Origin: Stegostoma tigrinum
Lineage: Eukaryota
Assembly: GCF_030684315.1 (NCBI RefSeq)
Contig: NC_081382.1
Coordinates: 16,846,592-16,910,591 of the forward strand
DNA length: 64,000 nt
Reading direction: 5' to 3'
Part shown: positions 26,592 to 39,107 of the stretch, piece after piece
How positions within the stretch are numbered: the stretch's first letter is position 1
Layout: the number at the start of each line of letters is the position of its first letter
Position numbers and translations under genes: made by a program
The notes under the pieces: generated by a model
The model's database searches: none
What the model saw: only the letters and a program-made list of their open reading frames with translations
Told to the model about the DNA's origin: nothing

Positions 26592-27619
26592 GTATTTAGC
26601 TTTACAATTCTGTCTGCAGACTGCCTTTCAGTTTATAATGATGTTACGGTCTTCTAAAACTGGTGTTGCATTGAGGATCGCAGCTATTAGAAACAGCTAG
26701 TTGTGTTGTTACCTGCATGATCTAGCATTAATGTTCTCATCAGCACGTTGCCGCAGGCTCAACAAAAGAAATAGGCTCCAGCTTGAGAATGAAAACAGCA
26801 TGCGCAATATGAATAGAAGTGATGCCAGGCCGCATGGCTTGATAATTGTTTCAAGAGTTGTCAATGGGGTTTGTTGTTTGTCCCAGTCCTTTGTTATTTG
26901 TGGAATGGTACAAGCTTTGATGAGCAGAGGAGGACAAAGTGTGTGAAATGGAGTTAAAGGCAACGTGAATAGAGGGGCAATTGTCCTCAGCTACTTGCTT
27001 GTCGTAGGATTTAGTGACTGCTTTCTGTCTGTGTGACTTGCGTTGTTTAGATTAAAAGAAAACAGAGGTTAGAATGCTACAATGACTTAGACATAAGCAT
27101 GATGTTTGAAATCTTATCTGTGTTTATTAATACTCTATTAGTCTTTTAAACCAACCTACTCTCCACTTCTGAATATTTGAACTTGCTTAATTCCTCATTT
27201 CCTTCAATACTAATTTCTCCCAATACCATTTTGTCCTTCATAAATAGCTGGGTGCTGGAATTTATAGTGGATGCCTGTCTGAGAAACCAAATGCTGCTGC
27301 TTGGAACTGATGTCGTGCAATGGCCAGTTTTATCTTTCAGTGGATTCCAGATTGCTTCCAGTTACTGCTAAAATGATAGTCATTTAAAGTTGCAATATTT
27401 ACCACATTCACAAAATTTGCCATGAACATGAAGCTCAGCTCCTACAGTAAATTTGTGAGACAACTTTTCTTGTAACATAGCACTTAGAGAATAAAATGCA
27501 AGTCAACCAATACACGTTATTGTGTAACTGGAAGCATGACCCATTGTCAATGTTGTTTTATTATTGTTCTGTTGATGGCCTGACATTTTGAAACATTATT
27601 CCTTCAAAATTATTTTTAG

Positions 27620-28006
27620 CTGTCTTAAACAACCCACTTGGCGAGCTGATAGATCATACAACATCCCTCACTGCTCGACTGCACAAAGACGGAAGTTTTA
27701 ACCATGGCCCCACATTTGATTCAGAGAAAGGGGTGTTGCATAGTAAACTGGGAAGCCTTGCTGTGGTAAATGCAACTTCCAAAAGTATTAAGCTCTCTTG
27801 GACTTTGCAAAATGGATCTTTTGACAGCTTTCTTATAGTGGTCACAGATTCCACTGGGCTATATGGACCACTGGAAATGGCCCTAAATGGTGACTTACGT
27901 AGCACGGAGGTAACGGGTCTCTTGGATAGTACACATTATAAGGTATATTTATACGGATTTGTGGGAGAGTGGCGTTCAGATCCCTTGAATGCAGAAGTCA
28001 CAACAG
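27620..28006 (+). CDS. TNC: Variable-region exon V3: linker + FNIII (387 nt; alternative acceptor giving 27725-28006)
   Basis: tttttag|CTGTC...ACAG|gtattt. Linker AVLNNPLGELIDHTTSLTARLHKDGSFNHGPTFDSEKG, then KLGSLAVVNATSKSIKLSW...GLLDSTHYKVYLYGFVGEWRSDPLNAEVTT. Confidence 0.85.
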
Positions 28007-29605
28007 GTATTTTCTTTTATTCACAACCTTTCCCTATATACCTCTCTTTCTATCCTCAGTTTGCAAATGTACAGAATCTTCCCCCTTTCACAATAATGTT
28101 GATCACAACATGCCTTCACATAGTTCTAAGTACAAAAGCAGTAATTACTGAGTGAAGATGGCAAATACAAACACAGCAGTGTCATAAAATATAATCATTG
28201 ACACTTTGTTCCATAAAATACTTATAATGGACTGATGTGTGAAATTCACAGGAATTATGGCTTGATAGGGATCCAGTGTTTGCAAAGTTTAGGATTCGAG
28301 ATATTCCAAAACTGCACATTTGGATTTGGATACCCCTGACTATTAAACCAGTTTGTTAAAAGTCTGTTGGTAAGACAGCTTTAAATATTGCTGGAAAGAA
28401 AAAGACATGTTGCTCTAGCTTTTTGTATTTGTACTCGTCAGGACAGAGGCCAGAATGCAAAATTTCAAATGATCACAATAATTTTTACTACAGCAAGACA
28501 AGGAGTTCCTTGATTAGCAACTCAACTCTGATTAAGCATTGTTTTGCCATGTAGAAAGCAAAAGATGTCTGTAGGGTCCCCATTCCTCCTGGGTACTTGA
28601 AAACAAAACCGAGGGTTAATCATATTCATTTGTTTGCAGCAAATAGGCCCGGTGTGTGTTTGTATAGGTCTTCTAGTAAGCAAATTAATTGCATTACCTT
28701 ATCTTAAATTGGTTACTAATGTAACTATAAGCATACTCGGATTATTCATGACAGCCTAATCGCAGAATCACATTTGAAAACAGACATTATATTTTGGGCT
28801 TTGTAAGCACAGACTCATTGAGTACAGTCTGCATTCTGTTTATAACTAACAACCAGTATCATGTCGCTCGATTTGACCAGTCAATCACTAGTATGTATGC
28901 CCTATACATGCTGGCCTCATACCAGCACAGAAATTCGCACATGATACTGCTCAATTGGTAGGCAGAATGTCTTTTCGGACTGATATTCCAGTGATAGATT
29001 GATGGAATGCACAGCATGGTATCATGTAAAACCAACAGAATATAATTAGAACAACTGAAACATGATGTTAGTGAAGACTAGCTGACGGACTTCTTCGTCA
29101 ATAGTGGAAGTGAAATGGCGAAGGGTTTTGCGCTGTCATAAAATATTGTACGAAACATATTAGGATTCTTACTGAAAACAACAAAAACTAGAAATCTCAG
29201 TGGGTCAAACAGCTTTCATGGAGAGAGAGCAAGGTTAACATTTTGAGTCTAGATAACTCTCATCAGAGCTGAAGAGAAGTGTGGAGGGGACAGCATTTCA
29301 TTACATGAAGGTGAATATGTACTGATACATTTGCAATAATGGCTAGAAATGACATTGCTCATTTACCTTTGGCCAAACTGTAGTGGTTTGAATTTGATAA
29401 TTAGGGACTGTAAAGGTATAGATTTAATTCACCTTTTATGCTGGCTGGTCAGATTTGTTAAGCCTCAGACATTCACTCCTAATGTTATTAATCCTATTAA
29501 TTCCTATTAATCTTCCTTCATGAGTTCAGATATAAAGTGGATTTTTAATATATTTCAATCACCAATGGAAAGTCAAGTAAAGAATAAATTTTGATTTCCT
29601 TGCTT

Positions 29606-29796
29606 CAGAGATAATGGGAACTGCAGATGCTGGAAAATCTGAGATAACAAGGTGTGGAGCTGAATGAACACAGCAGGCCAAGAAGAGTAGGAAGGCTGAT
29701 GTTTCGGGTCTAGACCCTTGCCCGAAATGTCAGCCTTCCTGCTCCTCTGATGCTGCTTGGCCTGCTGTGTTCATCCAGCTCTACACCTTGTTATCC
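29606..29796 (-). repeat. Palindromic Penelope-terminus-derived element (family 1)
   Basis: Same arms; 15-bp TSD TTGATTTC(C/A)TTGCTT (29591-29605, 29797-29811). Confidence 0.85.
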
Positions 29797-31013
29797 TTGA
29801 TTTCATTGCTTTCCATTTTACTGCTGCCTCTCCAGTACTGAAGAGTCGTGGCCTTGATTCTCCAGGCACTAGCCCCAGGGTGATCGTATGAATTCTGTTC
29901 TGTGAATTATTCTCTTACTGCTTGATGAAAAAGGTTTGACTTCTTTTGAACATCTCCCAAGCATGAGATTAAAGCTGGCTTAGAGAATCACAAGTCAAAC
30001 CTATACCTGTACCACACTATGTACAATCCATTCAAATTTCTGCAAACCACAATGCAACCATATGACCGCGATCCTTTTGTAAATCAAATTCTGTTCCAAA
30101 ATGCTTCTGTATAGATGCTAGAGGCATGTCATTTGCAGTCATCTCTTTTTAGCAAGACAGCAAGTGTAGAATATTTTACCATTGTCAGGATCTGATAAAT
30201 GGTATGGGGCCCAAGGCAATTGGAAGTTAACATGAAAATGGTATTGCTTCTCATTGCTAATATAAAAACATTTTATGCAGAATATGTGGATATCTTTCAT
30301 ACCAGCCTGGACCTTCACGGGTTGCTAAACAATTTTCAAATTGTTCGACTTCTGTAATTTAAAATATCAACAAACAAATCACTACAGTTGTGGAGAGCTA
30401 GCATTAACCTTAGAAAATCGGCACTTTCATAAAGAAATTGTGGGATTTATCAGGGTGAGTTAAAGTGTAAGAGTTTTGTCATGTATCTATGATTAGAGAA
30501 ACAGTCATACCATTAATATTATTGAACTGTTGCAAAGTCATAAAGATGAAAAGAAAACACACACAGGGAACCAAATTTTATTAAATACTTTTCTTCTCCC
30601 CTACTTGATTTTTTTTGGCCATTTTGGCCAGACACATTAAAGCAATTTATTTTAGTTTCTTTGAAATTAATGTATAAATGTTTAAACCAACATTCCTTTA
30701 GATCAATGGCAAACTTGTACGCCCAGTCATTCCTTCTGGTGCTGCAGAGGGCATGATTTATATTGTATACATCATAGAATTGTAGACCGGTGGCAGTGGA
30801 ACATTAGGCTATTTGACCCATTGGTTTTCTGCTGTCTCTCTGTATGAACGGTTCAGCTAGTGGCACTCCACACCTTTTCCCCGCACTAATACAAACATTT
30901 TCTTTTTGGTTTATGACTGAATTCCCTGTTGAATACTTTAGATGAAGCTGCCTTGACCAGACGTTCAGACATTGCATTCAATGTACTGCAGTCACCCCAG
31001 TGCCCAGTTGAAA

Positions 31014-31147
31014 GTTCAGTTCTAAGGAAGGGTCACCGGACCCGAAACATTTTCTCCTCCACAGATGCTGCCAGACCAGCTGTGCTTTTCCAGCAACTTT
31101 GTTTTTGTTTCTGATTTACAGCATCCGCAGTTCTTTTGGTTTTTATT
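31014..31147 (+). repeat. Short Penelope-terminus-derived element, family 2 (other copies ~5080-5275, ~29170-29300, ~35715-35850, ~50341-50490, ~60955-61037)
   Basis: CTAAGGAAGGGTCACCGGACCCGAAACATT...TCCACAGATGCTGCCAGACC...CAGCATCCGCAGTTCTTT; perfect 13-bp TSD TGCCCAGTTGAAA (31001-31013, 31148-31160). Confidence 0.8.
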
Positions 31148-31379
31148 TGCCCAGTTGAAAATGCTTTTGATAATATTGGCTTGGGTTCTCCAGACTCAAT
31201 ATTAACTGAAATACTGATGATACCATTGATGAAGCTATTGAAACATTAAGTGTTAATTTTCCTTTATTCAAATACAAAGATTTTATGCTTTTACACTCGG
31301 CATAATCCCACATTCACTTTAGCACCAATGAATCTAACTATGAAAGGAGCATAACATGGAAGTAGCAGCAAAAGTAGCT

Positions 31380-32920
31380 CTGAAGTAATAATTCAGAATC
31401 TGGCTTTTGTTCAAAAAGTTGCAAAGAAAATCTTAATAAATACAGACCAGTCAGTTGAATGTCGGTCATGTGGAAACTTCCAGATATAATAATTTGTGAT
31501 AGAAGTCAGTCACATGGATAAATATGAGTAAATTAGGGAGAGAATTCTCAAGAGAAAACCATATTAAGGTAACTTCAATGAATTTCTTTGAAGTGATAAC
31601 AGAGTGGGTTGATGAGAGTAATGCTGTTAATGCGTTTTTTTTCCAAAAGATATTCGATACAATTCCATACAATGGATTTATGAGAAAAGTTATAATTCAT
31701 GGAATAGAGAACATATAGAACATTACTGGGGATAGGAGCCATTTGGATCCAAAATTAGCTGAGCAATAGGAAACTAAGCGTAATGGATATTTGTCAGTCC
31801 AGAGAAATGTTGGTTGTTTGAGTCCCAACCTCAGATGAGCCATGATCCTATTGAATGGCAGACCAGGTTAGAGGAGTGAAATGGCCTATTCCTGTTGCTA
31901 TTGCTTATGGTCTTACATGCTCAATACTTGAATCCTTGGCTTTTCCTGATTGAGTATAATAGACAGTTTCAAAGACTGCAGATGACACAAAATTTGGGAG
32001 AATGTTAAACTGTGAAGGCACTGCAGAAGTTCAAAAGGACATTGACAGTTTGGTGGAGTGGGTGGATGAAGTTCAAAGTGGAGAAGTAAGAGCTGATACA
32101 CTTTGCAGCAAAGAGGCAGTTTAAAATAAAGTGTACTATTGTGGAATGTGTGCAGGAGTGGAAAGGCCAGGGTGCATTGCTTCTGAATGAGTCTGTAAAG
32201 GTGGCCGGACAGGTGAGGAGAACGTTCATAAAGCACGGCATTCTAAGATCTGTGAATAGTGGCAAAGAGTACAGGAGCAGGGAGGTTATACTGAAACTAG
32301 CTGATACTAGCTACACCACTCTTGGAGTATAGGGAACAAATTGGAGATGGTGGGGTTGGGAGGTGCAGGGACACATTTTAGCAAAGAATTAAAATATCTC
32401 ATAAGTTTGCAAGAATAATTTCACAGATGGAAAAGCTTGTTTGTGAAGATGGACTGGAGAAATTGGGAGTATTTTCCTTGAAGTGGAGAAAGCTACAAAG
32501 GAATTTGACTGAAGTTTGCAAAACAATCCCAGCCCCTACAACACTGATCAATCAATGACTCCCAGGGTTTGTCTTCCTCCCAGCCTTTGGACAGATTAGG
32601 TAGGGAGAAGTTGTTCCAGTCATAAGCTGATCAAGAACAAGGGGACTTGAATCTAAAGTGATTTGCAAAAAAAGTAAATATGAAAGAAGTAACTCCTTCT
32701 CGCAGCCAATGTCTTGATTTGGGGATGCACTGCCTGGAAGTGTGCTGGTGGCATGTTCAATTGAAGCAGTTCAGAGGGTGTTAGATGCTCACTTAAATAT
32801 TGTACAAGGTTGCATGAAAGTTTGTAAGGATGGAACTAAGTCATGACGCCCATTCAAACCACCAGTGCAAACATAATGGGCTAAATGGTCTTTTTCTTCA
32901 CTTTAGCTATTCTGTGATTG
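31380..32920 (+). mobile_element. Degenerate CR1 LINE fragments
   Basis: NFFEVITEWVDESNAVNAFFFQKIFDTIP, ADDTKFG-like and EYRSREVILKL motifs, plus a CR1 3' UTR. Confidence 0.75.
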
Positions 32921-34249
32921 GTTTCAAACAATATTTACCAGATAGCAAAAATACAGTGACAGTGTTTTATGATCCCAGTTATGATGATACCAGGCAAGCC
33001 AGATCTTTGTTATGATCTAGATAGTAGACTGCAATTTTTTCACAGACAGAATGTACAGAAGAACAAAGGGTAAGATAATAAGTGGCAAGACTTCCAGATA
33101 AGCAAAAAATAGCTCAAAAATAATACGTAGTGTACAAATTTGACCAAAATAAACATTAGTTATAATGATTAAAGAGGTACACTGAACAGGTACAAAAATA
33201 ATATTAAACAATATTTCATATACACAATGTAGAGTTTACCAATGAGGATTAACATGAGAAAATATGAGTCAGGAGACATTTGTTCTCAGACTTCATTTTA
33301 AGTGGTTAATGTGATCAAGACAGATCCCAGCCAGATGTTCGTGAGACTCTGGGTCACTAACTCTTATTGCAACTTCAAGGAATTGCAATTCTTCACTTTT
33401 AAAGATCTAGCTTTGAAATGCTGTTGAAGTCTCTCCATCTTGAACTGCCACAACAACTTCTCATAGCTTGGTAGTTAACTTCTTTTCCCAAGACTTGCCT
33501 TCAAAATTCCTAACACTGCTGTCAAACATCTAATTAGCAGTACTGTTTCAACTTTTACCAAACATGTAACTTAATCAAGTTGCTGCTGAATTTCTCTAAG
33601 CTCCAGCACTTCTTGGTTGAAGCAAACAAATACTGCTTGTGGTAGCAATCCCTCACATTTTTTCCGCAGTATGTGTCAAAGAACCTGTCCCAGTAAACAG
33701 ACTCTCAGGTAAATTAAAACCAGAGAACCTTTTAAGCTCCAGTCATCTCCACAATTACATCACCTGCTTTAGACTGCCCCTAAATCAATCTTGAGGATTG
33801 ATTGAATGGTTTTAATCTAATTTAGTTCTGACTGCCCTGTACTGTTGTTACTGTAAGCATCCACAGTTAAGTTAGCTCACCTACTGTTTTTAGAATTTCA
33901 TCACTTCTATTCTGATTCAATTAACAACCTTCTGAAATACCTTTTTGTAAGTGTTCTGGCAGTGATTGAAGCCCAGCATTATCATTACCTTACCATCCTA
34001 GCTGTTAACCTTTAAAGCAACATGCCCCTGACCTTACAAATGTACTAGGCTTCAAAGTTCTTTAATTGCATTTATCCCTTTGACTACTGTTAAACTTTTA
34101 TTCCTAAAACCAAAAAAAATTACAAAAGTACACCAATTATGAACTAAATATTCAGAACAAGTAAATTTCAAGCAGAAACTGACCCTAGGATTTTGGTTGT
34201 CAGTGCTAATAATTTGATTTTTATTCTTACACTTCAGGTTGTGGCTGAG

Positions 34250-35200
34250 TTATTTTAAAATTGAATTTCATAAACTCCTGAAAAAGGAATGCACGTAATT
34301 GGAGATGACGTTGTGAATTGGGTTAGTAATTAGTGAGGAGGTAAAAGGCAAAGGCTAGGCATTAAGATGGAGTTCTATGATTGTGTGATGTTACAAATGG
34401 TGTTCCTCAGGGATATGTATTTGAGTCTCAGCTTTCACCATATGCACAAATAAGTTGAATGAAGGAGTAGAAAGTTGTATATTTGAAGCCAGAGTATATT
34501 GTATAAACAAGAGAAAACAATTCCAAAGACAAATAGTCAGACTAAAGGAGTGCAACTTTGGCAGAAGAAATTCAATGTGGGAAGTGTGGGAACATGTACA
34601 TTACTTCAGTGAGAAAGACAAACCTGAATATTTTCTCCACACTAAGAGACCAGGGACTTCAAGAAGCCAAGGAGGTTTAAGTGTCCATATAAATGAATCA
34701 CTAAAACTGGTATACAGGCTTTTAAGAAAGTCATTTAAAAGGGAAATGGAATGACAATCCTTATTGCTGGAGCAGTTTCTTGATATGAAGAGGCTTGCTA
34801 CAAGTATGCTGCAGACCTTCGGTCGATCCCATCATGAGTCATATGACACAAGATACTTCAGAGGAGAACATAAACAAACTAAACAAACCAAGGCAAATGA
34901 TTAATTCTGCAGGTGACCGTTAGCTTAAGCAGCTTGGTTTTAAGCAACATTTGAAAAGATATAAAGAAAGTGAGAATGCCAGAGCTTAGAACATAGGCAG
35001 CTGACAGCATGACTGTCTCCCCAAAGGCTGTGGATGCTGGGTCAATTGAAAATATCTAGACTCAGATAGACAGATTTTTGTTGAGATTATCAGGGGACAT
35101 GGAGAATTGGCTGCTGAAACTGAGATACAGATTAGCCATGATCTGGCGGAATATCTTAGCAAGCTTGAGGGACTGAATGGCCTACTTGTGTCCCAATTTA
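34250..35200 (+). mobile_element. Highly degenerate CR1 LINE fragments
   Basis: GGTGTTCCTCAGGGA (GVPQG), TTCAATGTGGGAAGTGTG (FNVGKC-like) and the CR1 3' tail GAGGGACTGAATGGCCTACT. Confidence 0.6.
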
Positions 35201-35299
35201 ATCCAGACATACATCTCCATTGTAGGCGCATTTGCTAACAATTGATCAATATTAATAATTCATATATTAAATTGCGACTCCACAGTAGACTGTTAAATA

Positions 35300-35640
35300 T
35301 CAAGGCTTACAGCTCAGAAAAGAAATCTAGTTCAGTTCCCAGTATGGGTTCAGCTTGCTGATCTCATTCTGGGCATGAGCCAGATGCTCCAGTTGGCCTC
35401 AGTAATAGTGGCCTCAGGAGGAAATCTCAGCCAGGCTTCCCGCTTCTAATTGCTTTCCACTGAATTTAGCTGCAAGCCATGTGTGGGTGAATGCCAGGTG
35501 ATGGCAGGAACAAGTTGTGATGCTGCCTTGCACTTTCTTTGTGCTCAAACTGCTTGCCAACATTCACTGTCTCAGCTCACATAGTGTGATCACACAGGTC
35601 AGCTTCCGGAGGAGCTTTGATACTCAACAAGCCACACATC
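35300..35640 (+). repeat. Old SINE-like repeat (AmnSINE2-like from memory); related copies at ~54690-54950 (-) and ~15500-15650 (-)
   Basis: Shared motif GCTGATCTCA...TTGGCCTCAG...TCAGCCAGGCTTCCCGCT, seen as a reverse complement at 54830-54940. Confidence 0.45.
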
Positions 35641-36279
35641 AGAAAAGGTGAGTGTCACTGGTTAGGCCAGTGTTTATTACTTTTGAGAAATGACTGAACA
35701 AATCAAAACCAAAATATATAAAGAACTGCACATGCTGGAGGACTAAAACAAAGAGAAACAGAAATTGCTAGAGAAACTTAGCAAATCTGGCTGCATCTGT
35801 GGAGAAAAAACTGCTAACATTTGGGGTCCAAAGACCCTTTTCGGAACAAGATAAAATTCAATTGCAGATACAAAGAAGCAAATAGTAGAAACAGACTTCT
35901 TGATGAAAGGAATGCCTCTAAAATTGATTGCTCCAAAAATGTGGATTAGATTAGTATTTTAAGTTTTAATTTGACTATTGTAAAATGTCAACATTAAGCT
36001 GGCATACGGCAAAAATATAAACTTCAGGGGAACACTTTTTTCCTGAAACAACTACAATGCATTTTTATTTTATTTTTCACAGCTCACTAAGGGATCACAT
36101 AATATAACAAAGCTTTCTGTTGTGGGAATGGGGAAGTGAATGTGACTTCTGATGTATCATTTCACACTTGTGGTAACCTCAGGTGGAGACAGTCATTGAG
36201 CAAGGGTCTCTCCCAATCAGCCAGTTTGTAAGCAAAAAAGATGAGCCATCTAATTCTAATCCACGAACATCTATTACAG

Positions 36280-36588
36280 AATCCTTTGACAGTACCACCA
36301 CACATTCTCCAACCTCAGGAGCTGCCAAACCAGAGAACCTTCTGGTAAAAAATGTAACTTCCACCAGCCTCAAGGTATCATGGACAGCACCGAGTGGACA
36401 CTTTGATAGTTTTCTTTTAATAATAAAGGATATTAATGCATTGAGTGTCCCTTTGAAGATTTCCCTACCAGGTGATCAGCATACAACTAATGTAACAGGG
36501 CTGGTAGCTGGCACTCAGTACGAAATTGATCTTTATGGAATATTCCAAGGCCGGCTCTCGCAACCACTGAAAGATTTTGCAAGAACAG
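36280..36588 (+). CDS. TNC: Variable-region exon V4: FNIII with possible S/T-rich linker (acceptor uncertain: 36193, 36280 or 36319)
   Basis: Encodes AAKPENLLVKNVTSTSLKVSWTAPSGHFDSF...GLVAGTQYEIDLYGIFQGRLSQPLKDFART; donor ACAG|gtattt. Three in-frame phase-1 AGs lie upstream. Confidence 0.85.
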
Positions 36589-37055
36589 GTATTTCTTAAT
36601 GTCAAACAGTTCTTCTGTCATCAATGCACCACCTTTCACCTCTTCCTTTTCATTGCTTTGGAGAGGATCAGTGTCAAATATTTTATTCTCATTCCATACG
36701 CTTGTCATTCATTGGTACAATTTTCTCTTCACCTCCATCCACGCTGAGCTGCAACTGGTTCTGTTTAGGAAACAGGAGAATTTGTTGCCTTTCTGCATGC
36801 AATAGTGATTCATTTCTAACTCTCTCATTGCTTCCAGCCAATGCATGCTTTCTGTCCCATTTGTCCAAATGTTGCATAACGGACATGGCATGGCATTTTA
36901 TGGTATGTTTTGGAATGTAATTATTCTTGATTTAGTTATGTGAGACTATTCATTGCTTTGGACTACATCATAGAATCTTGTTCCAACTGAGATTAAAATG
37001 TACTCATTTTACTGCATTTCTGGGGTACACTTTTGAACTAAGGTTTGTACAATGA

Positions 37056-37359
37056 GGGCAGCACAATGACAGAGCAGTTAGCACTGGTGCTTCACTGGGT
37101 TCAATCCCACTCTCGGGTGACTGTTTGGAATTTACACATTCTCTCTGTGTCTGTGTGGAATTAACTTGAGTGATCTGGTTTTCTCCCATAATCCAAAAAC
37201 GTGCAGGTTATGTAGATGGGTCATGTGAAGTTACCCATAGAGTTCATGGAAATGTAGGTTAGGTGTGTTAGCGGGAAATGCAGGATGACAGGGATAGGGT
37301 ACAGATAAGGTATGGACTTGTTGGCCAAATGGCCTATTTCCACATTGTATGGATTCTAT
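37056..37359 (+). mobile_element. tRNA-derived SINE (HE1/V-SINE-like)
   Basis: GGGCAGCACAATG...GGTTCAATCCC B-box, core TTTACACATTCTCTCTGTGTCTGTGTGG, and a CR1-like tail ending GATTCTAT. Confidence 0.75.
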
Positions 37360-38843
37360 ACTTTTTTTATGTTAACACCTCAGCAACTGAAGGGTTTTTT
37401 CAGAACTTATAGGAGCATTTATTCAAAGTGAATACTTACAATGTGAATTTGGAAAGGTCCTCTCCAAGCATACAGATTCATTAAATGGGAATTCGGGTTA
37501 GTGACATGTCATAAATAAAGTTGATTCTATGATTCTTGCAAATGAGATTGCTTTCAGGCCAAGGCTTTTGCTCTATGTCCCCTTTCACATCTTAATCTTG
37601 GGTACAGAAAGTATTCCAGGCATCTCATGTAAATCAGCTGAAAATGACAGGCATTGCATGCAAAAAAAAATCCATTTGATGGCTTTTAGAATTTCCTCAG
37701 CAACTTATTTTCTCTTCCAGAAGGTGCTGAGTCACAGTGCACAGACAGCAATGTCCTCTAGCAACAGATCTTGATGTGTGAACCCCAGACAGTAAGGGCA
37801 CTGAATGGGATATCATTGCGGTTATGCCTCCTTCCCAAAAGCACACAGCTAAAACTTCCATTAAGGAAAATTTGACAGGGACTTAAGCAAAAATTCCTAG
37901 GCCAATTTCCCTCCTGCCCCAACTCATGAGTGTGGAAGCCAGTTTTCGAGATGAGCCAACTCACCAGAAGCTTAACATCCACATGTATAGACGATCCATC
38001 AAAGAGACTAAACAACAATATGATCACTTCTCCCCCTCATCCATTTGTGTTATAAATATTTACAATCCAAGTCTTTATTGCTCAGTTCCACAATGTATAG
38101 TGACATTAGAAATTGAGGTATCATGAGGACCTTTTCTTCCCATTTGTTAATAGCTTAGACTTCCATCACCATCAGTAATACTATTTATTGGCTAAAATGC
38201 TTTTCAGTACTATTAAGGAATTTCCAGGGTATGATACAACACAATCTATTTAATATCTTGCAAGTGCAATATAATGTATATATACTTAAGGCAGGGCAAT
38301 AATTAAAGCCAATTGCTGTGAATGCAATGTAGTTTAGTGAATGGAAAATAGCATCTGAACAATAACTCTTTGCTTTGGGCATTTTTACAAAATAACAGGC
38401 CGTTAATGATTAATGTTCCCTTTCCATGATAAAAGATAAGCTCATTTGAATGTTCATAAGTAGCTTTACAATAGTATTAAGCACGCACTATCACTTAATA
38501 TATTCTTTTACAGGTAACTGTGTCTCTTTGATTTTTTTCAAACACAGTGGTACTGAATGGAATTATGCGGCCTTTTCACCATCATTTTCATTCCACACTA
38601 ATGCTCCCTCATTTTTTTGGATCACTTTTAGATTCTCATTTACCATTCATTGCATACGTGTTTCCTGCGCTTTATCTGTGTTAATTTCGTGATCTGCTTC
38701 AGGCCTGTTCTTGTCACCTCTGAACAGTTAATGATTCATTATCTTTCAGACTGTGCGATGGCATGTTAGTGGTTGTAGACTTTTATCTCATACAGCTTCG
38801 CAGTTCATAATTTAATATTTCACAATATTTATTACCTCGCCAG

Positions 38844-39107
38844 AATCTGAACTTGAAAACTTAATGGTCTCGGAAGTTACCTCCGGCAGCTTCAAACTCT
38901 CTTGGACAGCTGATGAGTCCTTTGAAAGCTTTGTTATAGATGTTAAAGACTCAGATGGGTTGTTCGAACCATTAACATACACAGTACCAGGTGATCAGTA
39001 TTCCATAGACATCCCACATCTGCGTGCTGCTACTGACTATGAAATCTCCATCTATGGTATAAGTCACGGTCAGCAAACACGACCACTATACACTGAAGCT
39101 CAAACAG
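38844..39107 (+). CDS. TNC: Variable-region exon V5: FNIII, A-type-like (264 nt)
   Basis: gccag|AATCT...ACAG|gtattt. ESELENLMVSEVTSGSFKLSW...SIDIPHLRAATDYEISIYGISHGQQTRPLYTEAQT resembles human A1 (VDIPGLKAATPYTVSIYGV). Confidence 0.92.

Noticed and set aside
26592-26599. In-frame stops shortly after variable-exon donors as alternative terminal exons
   Set aside because: Expected in AT-rich introns; no supporting polyadenylation structure was identified.
27898-27960. RSTEVTGLLDSTHYKVYLYG as an equivalent of the TNIIIA2 cryptic peptide ([21 protein letters not shown])
   Set aside because: The similarity reflects generic FNIII strand consensus, and the active YTITIRGV core is absent.
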